Positions 20,608-29,393 of a stretch of 64,000 nt of DNA are shown piece after piece. A program made the position numbers and the translations under genes. Every line of letters starts with the position of its first letter. The stretch's first letter is position 1. This stretch comes from Rhodospirillales bacterium (GTDB taxonomy: Bacteria > Pseudomonadota > Alphaproteobacteria > Rhodospirillales > Casp-alpha2), in NCBI GenBank assembly GCA_048262655.1, contig JBLXEY010000009.1, positions 37,095-101,094 on the forward strand, in the 5' to 3' direction. The notes under the pieces were generated by a model. The model was not told where the DNA came from, did no database searches, and saw nothing but the letters and a program-made list of their open reading frames with translations.

Positions 20608-21234
20608 TCAGTCGTCTTTTGCCAAACGATTTAACTGCTGTTGCATAGCATCAAGTTGAGCCCGCAGGTCATTCAATTTTTCAGCCTCATCATCCGACTC
20701 GTTTGCTGCGGGTTCCGGCGCAACATTTTGATCATTGGTTGGCTTTTGCGCCTGCCCAGGGACGCCTTGATAAAAAGGTGCAAACATTTTCATGGCATTT
20801 TCAAACATCGCCATGTTCTTTTTACCGACATCCTCAAGCCCGCCAAAGGGATTTAACCCTCCCATGGCCTCATCCATATAAGTGCGCATCTGATCTTGAT
20901 TCTGCGCAAAAGACTGCATGGTATGTTCCAGATAATTTGGCACAACAGATTGCAAACTGTCGCCATAGAAACTAATGAGATGGCGTAAAAACCCAATTGG
21001 CAGAAGGGTTTGACCGCCTTTCGATTCTTCTTCGACAATGATATGGGTTAGCACCTGACGCGTGATATCATCTCCGGTTTTAGCATCAAAGACGACAAAA
21101 TCTGTACCGTCTTTGACCATTTGAGACAGATGATCCAATGTCACATACGTACTTGTTGACGTATTATATAGTCGCCGATTTGCATACTTTTTGATCGTTA
21201 CCGGCTTCTTTTCGTCGTCTGATTTTTCAGCCAT
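20608..21234 (-). CDS. phaR: polyhydroxyalkanoate synthesis repressor PhaR
   Basis: 'IKKYANRRLYNTSTSTYVTLDHL' is the PHB/PHA_accumulation regulator DNA-binding motif. I chose ATG 21234. Confidence 0.9.
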   Translation of the reverse strand: MAEKSDDEKKPVTIKKYANRRLYNTSTSTYVTLDHLSQMVKDGTDFVVFDAKTGDDITRQVLTHIIVEEESKGGQTLLPIGFLRHLISFYGDSLQSVVPNYLEHTMQSFAQNQDQMRTYMDEAMGGLNPFGGLEDVGKKNMAMFENAMKMFAPFYQGVPGQAQKPTNDQNVAPEPAANESDDEAEKLNDLRAQLDAMQQQLNRLAKDD

Positions 21235-21279
21235 CGTATTCCACCTCAATTAATTTGAGATCAAAAGGTAACCTGCTTT

Positions 21280-21374
21280 ATGCTGCATCGCAATGAAATG
21301 TTCCGTGACGCGATATTGTGCGGTATAGTCAGCCAACATTTCCACGCAACGAACAGAGAAAATGCTGCACAATG
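21280..21374. promoter_or_regulatory. repeated ATGCTGCA / TGCACAAT motifs in the phaR-divergent promoter region (candidate PhaR sites)
   Basis: ATGCTGCA occurs at 21280-21287 and 21362-21369. TGCACAAT at 21366-21373 recurs upstream of phaA at 22905-22912. Confidence 0.35.
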
Positions 21375-21812
21375 GCCGATGATATTGATCTTGAAAAACT
21401 GGCATCCGAGTACGTCGATTTATGGCAAAACTATCTGGACAGGGCCAAAGAGGACGAAAACACTTCAGAATTAATGTCTCAAACCATGGGCCTGATGAAC
21501 GCAGGTGCCGCAACATTTGCGAATGCGATGGCGCAAGCGGCAAAATCGTCGCAGAATACAGTCGATCAGGAATCGGAATTGCAATCTCAAAATGGCCAAT
21601 CTGCTGCCCCCACCACTAAACCCCAGACGGCCGATCGGACCGCGCCCGCTTCCGTTTCACCTGAGTTATCAGCTCATGACCTTAATCACGTGCTTGAGCG
21701 CCTTGCCCTCCTGGAAAAACGGGTCGCTCAACTTGAACAGGCAGAACCCGGCCAGAGGACCAGCAAAGTCCGATCAAGACGCAGATCTGAGGCGCCAGAT
21801 AAACCAGGTTGA
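21372..21812 (+). CDS. small PHA-locus protein (possible PhaE/PhaR-type synthase subunit or granule protein)
   Basis: 146 aa. N-terminal 'YVDLWQNYLDRA' helix, a low-complexity middle, and a C-terminal heptad helix 'LNHVLERLALLEKRVAQLEQ'. It sits directly upstream of, and overlaps, the class-III-like phaC. Confidence 0.5.
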   Translation: MADDIDLEKLASEYVDLWQNYLDRAKEDENTSELMSQTMGLMNAGAATFANAMAQAAKSSQNTVDQESELQSQNGQSAAPTTKPQTADRTAPASVSPELSAHDLNHVLERLALLEKRVAQLEQAEPGQRTSKVRSRRRSEAPDKPG

Positions 21813-22866
21813 CGAAGAACAATTTCAACACGCCGTTCAAACGGAAGTCTTCAGACGTTTAAGCGCGTTCTGTAAAGGCATTGAGACATATCAGACCTCC
21901 ATTCGACAACAGCGGCCAGCCGCACCTCCTGTTCTTGCTGAATTTGCCGGCGCCCGACTGCTCGACTACGCGGCTCCTGGCGATCCTTCGCACAAAACAC
22001 CTGTCCTTGTGATCCCGTCCCTTATTAATCGGGCATATATTCTGGACCTCACACCCCAAAGAAGCTTGATGCAGTATTTGGCGTCGCGCGGGTTGCGGCC
22101 ATTGTTGGTGGATTGGGGTCAACCGGGCAAGACGGAAGCCGACTATGACCTGCAAGCCTATATTACCGGTCCGCTTCAACATTTCATCGACGTCGCTTCT
22201 CAACTCAGTTCCCGCCAACCATCAATTGTTGGTTACTGTATGGGCGGGTTGCTCGCTTTGGCGCTCGCCTTGCGAAATCCGCAACAGACAACGTCGCTGG
22301 CTTTACTGGCAACACCTTGGAATTTTCAAAGCCAGATGGATGCAAACTTGATTGCCTTGCAGTCGCTGCGGCCCGGCCTGGAGATGCTTATTGACCATAT
22401 AGGGAACCTGCCCGTCGACATTCTGCAGGCGTTGTTTTCCAGTCTGAACCCATCCTTAACCGGGGAAAAGTTCCGTCAATTTGCGCTGCTAAATAAAACA
22501 GATGATCGCGCACAACACTTCATCGCTCTTGAAGATTGGCTTAATGATGGTGTCCCTCTCGTTGCTTCTGTCGCCCGCGAATGCCTGTTCGGCTGGTATC
22601 TGGAGAATACGCCTTACAAGGGCCAATGGACAATTGAAGGGAGTCCTGTTTTGCCAGAAGAGTTGCACTGTCCAAGCTTAACGGCAATTCCGACAAACGA
22701 CCATATCGTGCCGCCAGCCTCTGCACAGGCGTTGGCTGATGTTTTACCTCGCAACCAGCCCCTCTACCTCCAAACCGGACATATCGGAATGATAACCGGC
22801 AGCCATGCAAAATCGGCGCTTTACGAACCTCTGGGGAAATGGATAGAGTCGCATTATACAGAATGA
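21733..22866 (+). CDS. phaC: class III/IV-like PHA synthase catalytic subunit (start codon uncertain)
   Basis: Alpha/beta hydrolase with the lipase-box Cys 'GYCMGG', 'VLVIPSLINRAYILDL' and 'LVDWG'. The conserved part is about 355 aa. The 5' end shown is the nearest in-frame TTG (see finding). Confidence 0.72.
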   Translation: MNRQNPARGPAKSDQDADLRRQINQVDEEQFQHAVQTEVFRRLSAFCKGIETYQTSIRQQRPAAPPVLAEFAGARLLDYAAPGDPSHKTPVLVIPSLINRAYILDLTPQRSLMQYLASRGLRPLLVDWGQPGKTEADYDLQAYITGPLQHFIDVASQLSSRQPSIVGYCMGGLLALALALRNPQQTTSLALLATPWNFQSQMDANLIALQSLRPGLEMLIDHIGNLPVDILQALFSSLNPSLTGEKFRQFALLNKTDDRAQHFIALEDWLNDGVPLVASVARECLFGWYLENTPYKGQWTIEGSPVLPEELHCPSLTAIPTNDHIVPPASAQALADVLPRNQPLYLQTGHIGMITGSHAKSALYEPLGKWIESHYTE

Positions 22867-22899
22867 TTATTTGGGGTCGATTGTCCACCACATCATTTC

Positions 22900-22975
22900 G
22901 CATGTGCACAATTTATTTCTTGCAATAATTCTATAGCGTACATATAACATGCAATAAACGCCATATTGCATGTGC
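22900..22975. promoter_or_regulatory. operator-like repeats upstream of phaA
   Basis: GCATGTGC occurs twice (22900-22907, 22968-22975) and TGCAATAA twice (22921-22928, 22950-22957). ATGCAATA-N7-TATTGCAT at 22949-22971 is a perfect inverted repeat. Confidence 0.35.
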
Positions 22976-23057
22976 GAAGAAAAATAAAAATGACCAAAAT
23001 TTTTTAGACAAAACTTTCGATTAACCGATCAAAATTACAAGGTGGAGGAATATTAAG

Positions 23058-24233
23058 ATGTCAGAAGTCGTTATTGCCGCAGCAGCACGGACACCTGTAG
23101 GTGCTTTTAGTGGCGGCTTGAGTTCCGTTTCAGCAGATTATCTTGGGCAGGTTGCCATTACAGCTGTGCTAGAGCGCGCTGGTATTGCACCGTCTGATGT
23201 AGATGAAGTTGTTCTTGGGCAAGTACTTGCCGCTGGTGCGGGCCAAAATCCGGCGCGTATTGCTGCAGTAAACGCCGGAATTCCAGTTGAAAAAACGGCG
23301 TATGGCATCAACCAACTCTGCGGGTCCGGACTCCGCACCGTTGCATTAGGAACCCAGGCCATTCAATTGGGCGATGCCAAAATCGTTGTTGCCGGTGGCC
23401 AGGAAAGCATGAGCCAGTCCCCGCACTGCCTGCACATGCGCAACGGCACGAAAATGGGCCCGGCTGAAATGGTCGATACCATGATCAAAGACGGCCTATG
23501 GGATGCCTTCAATGGCTACCATATGGGCACCACGGCGGAGAACGTCGCGGAAAAGTGGCAATTGACTCGTGAAGATCAGGATAAATTTGCCGCCTCTTCA
23601 CAACAAAAAGCAGAGGCCGCAATGGCGGCAGGCAAGTTCAAGGACGAAATTGTCCCTGTCACGATTAAGACCCGTAAAGGTGATATCGTCATTGATACGG
23701 ATGAACACCCGAAAGCCGGCGTTACAGCAGAGGGCCTGGCCAAGCTGCGCCCGGCCTTCGCCAAGGATGGAACGGTCACAGCCGGCAACGCTTCTGGCAT
23801 CAATGATGGCGCGGCAGCTGTTGTCTTGATGAGTTCAGATGAAGCGGAGACGCGCGGAATCAAACCGTTGGCGCGGATTAAATCCTGGGCCACAGCAGGT
23901 GTCGAACCATCGATCATGGGAACAGGTCCGATCCCGGCAAGCCGTGCAGCGCTCGATAAAGCCGGATGGACCGTTGCTGATCTTGATTTGATTGAAGCAA
24001 ACGAAGCTTTCGCGGCGCAGGCCTGCGCCGTAAACAAAGACATGGGTTGGGATCAAGACAAGGTCAATGTAAACGGCGGTGCCATTGCACTTGGTCACCC
24101 GATCGGCGCATCTGGCGCGCGCGTCCTGGTCACCTTGCTTCATGAGATGGCTAAACGCGACGCAAAAAAGGGCCTGGCAACACTGTGCATCGGTGGTGGC
24201 ATGGGCATCGCAATGTGCGTAGAGCGCGATTAA
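23058..24233 (+). CDS. phaA: acetyl-CoA acetyltransferase (beta-ketothiolase)
   Basis: Thiolase II motifs 'NQLCGSGLR', 'NEAFAAQ' and '[11 protein letters not shown]'. Confidence 0.94.
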   Translation: MSEVVIAAAARTPVGAFSGGLSSVSADYLGQVAITAVLERAGIAPSDVDEVVLGQVLAAGAGQNPARIAAVNAGIPVEKTAYGINQLCGSGLRTVALGTQAIQLGDAKIVVAGGQESMSQSPHCLHMRNGTKMGPAEMVDTMIKDGLWDAFNGYHMGTTAENVAEKWQLTREDQDKFAASSQQKAEAAMAAGKFKDEIVPVTIKTRKGDIVIDTDEHPKAGVTAEGLAKLRPAFAKDGTVTAGNASGINDGAAAVVLMSSDEAETRGIKPLARIKSWATAGVEPSIMGTGPIPASRAALDKAGWTVADLDLIEANEAFAAQACAVNKDMGWDQDKVNVNGGAIALGHPIGASGARVLVTLLHEMAKRDAKKGLATLCIGGGMGIAMCVERD

Positions 24234-24273
24234 ACTAACCAGAATTACCGTTTATCATCAGGGGAGACAGAAT

Positions 24274-24996
24274 ATGAGCAGACTAGCCGTTGTTACCGGG
24301 GGGACCCGGGGAATTGGTGAAGCCATTTCCATTATGCTAAAAGCCAATGGTTATACCGTAGCAGCCACTTATGCGGGTAACGATGAAGCTGCAAACGCTT
24401 TTGCACAGGCCCACGACATCAAAGTCTACAAATTTGACGTAGGGGATTTTGACGCCTGCGAAGCTGCCGTGGCACAAATCACTGCCGAATTAGGACCCAT
24501 TGAGGTGCTTGTAAATAACGCGGGAATTACCCGCGATGGCACCATGCATCGCATGGGACGTGATAAGTGGGACGCGGTTATCGATACCAATCTGGGTTCA
24601 TGCTTTAACATGAGCCGCCTGGTCATCGAGAGCATGCGAGAGAAGAACTTTGGCCGTATCGTCAACATCGGTTCGATCAATGGTCAGGCTGGCCAGTATG
24701 GACAAGTAAATTACGCTGCAGCAAAATCCGGCATTCATGGCTTTACAAAAGCCTTGGCTCAGGAAGGTGCGGCCAAAGGAATTACCGTGAACGCGATTGC
24801 ACCGGGATATGTGGCAACGGAGATGGTTCGCGCAGTGCCGGCAGATGTTTTGGAAAAAATTGTCGCCAAGATTCCAGCGGGCCGATTAGGCGATGCCAAT
24901 GATATTGCCCGAGGTGTATTGTTCCTGGTTGCTGACGAAGCGGAGTTTATTACCGGTTCAACATTGTCCATTAACGGCGGACAGCATATGTATTAA
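24274..24996 (+). CDS. phaB: acetoacetyl-CoA reductase
   Basis: SDR motifs 'TGGTRGIG', 'NNAGI' and 'YAAAK'. It follows phaA. Confidence 0.93.
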   Translation: MSRLAVVTGGTRGIGEAISIMLKANGYTVAATYAGNDEAANAFAQAHDIKVYKFDVGDFDACEAAVAQITAELGPIEVLVNNAGITRDGTMHRMGRDKWDAVIDTNLGSCFNMSRLVIESMREKNFGRIVNIGSINGQAGQYGQVNYAAAKSGIHGFTKALAQEGAAKGITVNAIAPGYVATEMVRAVPADVLEKIVAKIPAGRLGDANDIARGVLFLVADEAEFITGSTLSINGGQHMY

Positions 24997-25017
24997 TCAA
25001 TCAATAAATCGTTTACG

Positions 25018-25055
25018 AACAAGGGCCTCTTTCGCAAACGAAAGAGGCCCTTGTT
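25018..25055 (+). terminator. 17-bp perfect stem-loop after phaB (probable terminator, weak T tract)
   Basis: The arms aacaagggcctctttcg and cgaaagaggcccttgtt flank a caaa loop. Confidence 0.5.
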
Positions 25056-25071
25056 AGTTGGAGGATAGACG

Positions 25072-26085
25072 ATGATGCGCCCCCTTTTCTGTTGGATGAC
25101 AACAGCCCTTATTCTGGTCACGATCCCGGCGCAGGCGCTGGATGCCCGACAATTCCACAAAGAAATTCCGGGTGGTATCAATCAGCTCCAAAACCGTGCC
25201 GGGGCTATGCTGCTGAAAGACGGCACGGACAGCTGGCATCGATTGACCTTGTCTGATGGCAAGATCACTTTATCTGCAGCCGCCGCGCCGAAACCGGCCG
25301 CGATAAGTGATCCGCATAAATTGCCGGATACGGAACTCGTCACCGGCAAACGAAATATCAAACGGGCCTGGTTTTCGGGACCAACCAGTCGCTACGGACA
25401 TGGGGTGCTGGGTGACGCGATTGAAGCGGAAGCGATCACCGCGGAACTTGCGGATGGTTCCATCGTCGCGGCTGTTCTCGAGCCATCTGCAGTGTTCGAA
25501 GATCGCACGCCACGTCTGGTTGATGTAAACAATGACGGGCACGACGAAATCCTTGTCGTGAAGTCCTATCTGCGCAAAGGCGCCGCCGTAAGTCTTGTCG
25601 GGCAAGTCGACGACCAACTCCAGATCCTGGCAGAAGCGCCGGCAATTGGCATCGCAAATCGCTGGTTGAATCCCGTCGGCGCGGCTGATTTTGATGGAGA
25701 TGGTACAAGTGAAATCGCCGTTGTGATTACTCCGCACATTGGCGGGACACTGCAACTCTATGAATGGCAAGGCAACCGGCTCATCGCCGATCATAATGCC
25801 TTCGGTTTTTCAAACCACGCGATGGGCTCGCGTGAATTGGGCTTGTCGGCAATCCTTGACGTCAACCATGATGGAGTCATGGATATCATTGTTCCTGATG
25901 CTGGACGAACAACTTTGGTTGCCACGAGTTTTAATAACGCTAAAGCACACACTCTCGCGCGCATTGATGTTACAGGTCGTTTTACCAGCGGATTGTTCAC
26001 CGTTGACCTCAATGGAGACGGGCGATCTGAACTTATCTTTGCGACAGAAGACAGCAGGTTATCGGTCCTGGAATGGTATCCATGA
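25072..26085 (+). CDS. secreted FG-GAP/VCBS-repeat protein
   Basis: Signal peptide, plus four 'D.N.DG..E(I/L)' calcium-loop repeats: DVNNDGHDEILV, DFDGDGTSEIAV, DVNHDGVMDIIV and DLNGDGRSELIF. Confidence 0.7.
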   Translation: MMRPLFCWMTTALILVTIPAQALDARQFHKEIPGGINQLQNRAGAMLLKDGTDSWHRLTLSDGKITLSAAAAPKPAAISDPHKLPDTELVTGKRNIKRAWFSGPTSRYGHGVLGDAIEAEAITAELADGSIVAAVLEPSAVFEDRTPRLVDVNNDGHDEILVVKSYLRKGAAVSLVGQVDDQLQILAEAPAIGIANRWLNPVGAADFDGDGTSEIAVVITPHIGGTLQLYEWQGNRLIADHNAFGFSNHAMGSRELGLSAILDVNHDGVMDIIVPDAGRTTLVATSFNNAKAHTLARIDVTGRFTSGLFTVDLNGDGRSELIFATEDSRLSVLEWYP

Positions 26086-26972
26086 AGCACACCCCTAATA
26101 GGTCTGCAGCAACATTTGTCGGTTCTACGGCCGTATTGATGTGGGGGTTGCTGGCCCTGTTCACCACCTTAACAGGAGATGTTCCTCCTTTTTTGCTGGC
26201 GGCCCTGTCGTTCGGGATTGCGACAATGATGATTCTTGTTAAATGGCTTGTGCGTGGCGAGAACATCATCGCCCACCTCCGCCAGCCGATTGGCGCCTGG
26301 GTGCTCGGCGTTGCCGGCCTGTTTGGCTATCATTTCTTTTACTTTATGGCATTGCGAAACGCGCCGCCAATCGAAGCCGGTTTGATTGCTTACATGTGGC
26401 CTTTATTGATCGTACTCTTTTCGGCGCTTCTGCCCGGAGAGCGATTGCGCTGGTGGCACGTTTTGGGAGCGATTACCGGTTTTATTGGAGCCATCATATT
26501 GGTCACCGGTGGCTCTGGTTTCGGAAACTTTAATACCCAATACAGCCTTGGCTATGCCATGGCCGTAACCTGTGCGTTGACGTGGTCCAGTTATTCCGTT
26601 CTCAACAGGCGGTTTTCGCGCGTGCCGACAGATACGGTCGGCGGATTTTGTGCCGTCGTCGCCGTCTTGGCAACCGCGTGTCACTTGGCCTTCGAGACAA
26701 CCATTATGCCCCACACGGCCGAACAATGGCTTGCCGTGTTGGGATTGGGATTATTGCCCGTTGGCGCCGCATTCTTTACTTGGGATTATGGTACCAAACA
26801 CGGCAACATTCAGGCCCTCGGAGCCTTTTCCTATGCGGCCCCCCTTATCTCAACACTGGTCCTGATTGCCGCCGGCAGAGGTGAAGCAACGTGGGCCGTT
26901 GCCATTTCTTGCGCTTTGATTATTGGCGGCGCACTGATTGCATCCAGCGATTTGTTATTTAAACGCAGCTGA
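26082..26972 (+). CDS. EamA/DMT-family transporter
   Basis: About 10 TM segments in two EamA halves. ATG 26082 forms an ATGA overlap with the preceding stop; ATG 26073 is also possible. Confidence 0.8.
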   Translation: MKHTPNRSAATFVGSTAVLMWGLLALFTTLTGDVPPFLLAALSFGIATMMILVKWLVRGENIIAHLRQPIGAWVLGVAGLFGYHFFYFMALRNAPPIEAGLIAYMWPLLIVLFSALLPGERLRWWHVLGAITGFIGAIILVTGGSGFGNFNTQYSLGYAMAVTCALTWSSYSVLNRRFSRVPTDTVGGFCAVVAVLATACHLAFETTIMPHTAEQWLAVLGLGLLPVGAAFFTWDYGTKHGNIQALGAFSYAAPLISTLVLIAAGRGEATWAVAISCALIIGGALIASSDLLFKRS

Positions 26973-26984
26973 CCTGAGCGCCTT

Positions 26985-27443
26985 TTAATTGCGATCAGCC
27001 GCGGCTGGATCAATTCCCTCTGGCAACCAATTTTCCGGTGCCATTTCAAACCCGGCGAACTCAAAAGCGGGAGCGACAGTGCAGCCCACAAGTGTCCATT
27101 CTCCGTTAGATCTTGCCGATTGCCATGCGTCCTTGGGAACCACACCAACCGGCCGCTGTTGTTTCGAGAGTTCCATACCGAGCGTCAAAGTTTCCGCCAC
27201 TCCATCGCTGCTAACGATTTCCAGGGTCAACGGTGCCCCTCCATAAAAATGCCAGATTTCGACGGCATCAATTCGGTGCCAACGGGACACCTCTCCGGCT
27301 TTCAGCATAAAATAAATGGTTGTCACATCACCTCTGTCATTTTCCGGATTTAGGTGACGGTATACTTCCCGATAATATCCCCCTTCCGGATGTGGGGTCA
27401 GGTTCAGGCGCTCAATGATCACATCTGCATCTTCCATAGACAA
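26985..27443 (-). CDS. cupin (DUF985-type) protein
   Basis: 'LNLTPHPEGGYYREVYR' and 'SRWHRIDAVEIWHFYGG' are typical of DUF985 cupins. Confidence 0.75.
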   Translation of the reverse strand: MSMEDADVIIERLNLTPHPEGGYYREVYRHLNPENDRGDVTTIYFMLKAGEVSRWHRIDAVEIWHFYGGAPLTLEIVSSDGVAETLTLGMELSKQQRPVGVVPKDAWQSARSNGEWTLVGCTVAPAFEFAGFEMAPENWLPEGIDPAAADRN

Positions 27444-27545
27444 AAGCCTAGCATCAGATCGACTTTATGACCAAGCCACAAATGCCCGTTGGCGGCCGGT
27501 TACTTATGGCTTAAAGCCAAATTTTCCGCTATAGCCTAAGGTCTT

Positions 27546-28334
27546 ATGTGGATAGATGTTATTGATTTAAGAGACTTTTATGCAGGCGATCTGGGCCGCG
27601 TCACGCGCCGGATGGTGCGCCGGAAAATACGCGCGTTGTGGCCGAACGTGAAAGATCAGAGCGTCTTGGGCCTTGGCTACGCCGGACCTTATCTACAGAG
27701 TTTCCAGGGTGAAGCCGCCCGGGTCATTTCCGCCATGCCTGCGGCACAGGGGGTTATGCATTGGCCGGAAGATGGCGCGAATCTGACAAGTCTCGTCGAT
27801 GAGTTTGAACTCCCGTTTGACGACCTTTCCATGGACCGCGTCATCCTGGTTCATGCCCTGGAATGCGCAGAACAAGTGCGCCCAATGATGCGCGAAGTTT
27901 GGCGCGTTCTTGCGGCCAGTGGACGACTGCTCATCATAGCCCCGAACCGCCGTGGCATTTGGGCGCGTTTTGAAAGGACTCCGTTTGGGCACGGATTACC
28001 GTATTCGAAAGGACAGCTCTCCCGTCTGCTGCGTGACAATATGTTCACGCCAATACAAACACATCGGGCCTTGTATATGCCGCCAACACGTTCACGTATG
28101 ATGCTATCAGCGGCCCCGGCGCTGGAAAATATTGGTCACCGTTTATTTTCTTCGTTTGGTGGCGTCATTATGACTGAAGCAATCAAACAAATTTATGCGG
28201 GCCAACCTATTGCTGGTCGTCCACAGAAAGCACGCGTTCTTGCCCTACCCCAACGCAGCCAGCGCAGCGCGAATCTAGAGAAAACATATCGGGAGCTAAA
28301 CCCCGATGTTTACAGGACACGGCTAACGCCATAA
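27546..28334 (+). CDS. putative class I SAM-dependent methyltransferase
   Basis: 'VLGLGYAGPYL' is a degenerate motif I and 'DRVILVHALE' a post-II/III motif. This is a conserved alphaproteobacterial-looking ORF. Confidence 0.6.
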   Translation: MWIDVIDLRDFYAGDLGRVTRRMVRRKIRALWPNVKDQSVLGLGYAGPYLQSFQGEAARVISAMPAAQGVMHWPEDGANLTSLVDEFELPFDDLSMDRVILVHALECAEQVRPMMREVWRVLAASGRLLIIAPNRRGIWARFERTPFGHGLPYSKGQLSRLLRDNMFTPIQTHRALYMPPTRSRMMLSAAPALENIGHRLFSSFGGVIMTEAIKQIYAGQPIAGRPQKARVLALPQRSQRSANLEKTYRELNPDVYRTRLTP

Positions 28335-28487
28335 ATCTAATAGTTTTCTTTGCTTTCACCCTTGGTAAGCATTATCACTAGCCGGTCTTTTACAACAACA
28401 AATCGCGGCTTCGGATGATTGCCTTAACCGCATAGAAACGAACGAAAAGACCTTAAAACCTGTTGACGACTTCGATGGATAACGACG

Positions 28488-29393
28488 ATGACCAGCGATA
28501 AAAAACAACTGACAGCACTGCGTGACCGCATTGATGAAATCGATGCGGCAATGCATGACTTGATCATGGAACGCACCGAAGTTGTTGAAGGGGTGCGAAA
28601 AGTTAAGGATAGCTTGGGTTCCAAGGTAATGATACGACCATCCCGAGAGGCTGAGGTCCTTTATCGCTTGATGGAACGTCATCAAGGCCCGTTTCCCAAA
28701 CAGGAGCTTGCTCGTATTTGGCGTGAGCTGATTGTTGCAACGCTGAGTTTTGAAGGCCCATTTTCCGTTGCTGTATATCATCCAGAAGACGAGCCCGGAT
28801 ACTGGGATTTAGCGCGTGATCAGTATGGGACATTTTCTCCGATGACTCGACATACGGCAGCTCGCAGGGTCGTCGAAGCTGTGCAAAGCGGTGAAGCCAC
28901 GCTTGGCATTGTTCCTCTTCCTCAGCGCGATGAGGATGAAAACTGGTGGCGACATTTGGTAAGTGAGCGCGAGGGAACGCCTAAAATCATTGCACGCTTG
29001 CCTTTTATTGGGGTTGGTAACGCAAGAAACGCAGGGCTTGAAGCTCTTGTGATTTGTCCGATTACCCAGGAAGAGACCGGCAGGGATCGCTCTTATCTGG
29101 CGGTCGAAGCAACAGAAGATATTGGCTACAGCGTGATCGCCAAGGCCTTGTCAAATGCCGGGTTTAGCGTTGCCTTTCATCAGCATTGGCACGACCCATC
29201 ACGGCCGCCAGGCTGGTTTTACCTTGTTGAAGTGTTCGGTTTCGTCGATACCGACGGCAAACAAACCAAGAAGTTACTGAGCACCCTTGGCAAGAAAGTG
29301 AACCGGATTTTACATTTAGGGGGATACGCAACGCCCCTTAGCAAACAAGATTTGAAAGCAAACAAAAAGGCCTCCGGAAAGACGAAGACATGA
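28488..29393 (+). CDS. chorismate mutase (AroQ domain with a C-terminal extension)
   Basis: 'LTALRDRIDEIDAAMHDLIMERTEVV' is AroQ helix 1. It lies upstream of hisC-tyrC and is coupled to hisC through an ATGA overlap. Confidence 0.78.
   Translation: MTSDKKQLTALRDRIDEIDAAMHDLIMERTEVVEGVRKVKDSLGSKVMIRPSREAEVLYRLMERHQGPFPKQELARIWRELIVATLSFEGPFSVAVYHPEDEPGYWDLARDQYGTFSPMTRHTAARRVVEAVQSGEATLGIVPLPQRDEDENWWRHLVSEREGTPKIIARLPFIGVGNARNAGLEALVICPITQEETGRDRSYLAVEATEDIGYSVIAKALSNAGFSVAFHQHWHDPSRPPGWFYLVEVFGFVDTDGKQTKKLLSTLGKKVNRILHLGGYATPLSKQDLKANKKASGKTKT

Noticed and set aside
28356-28781. A 141-aa minus-strand ORF spanning the intergenic region and the chorismate mutase start.
   Set aside because: It overlaps the conserved AroQ helix-1 coding sequence on the opposite strand. 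It has no Shine-Dalgarno sequence and no recognisable motif.
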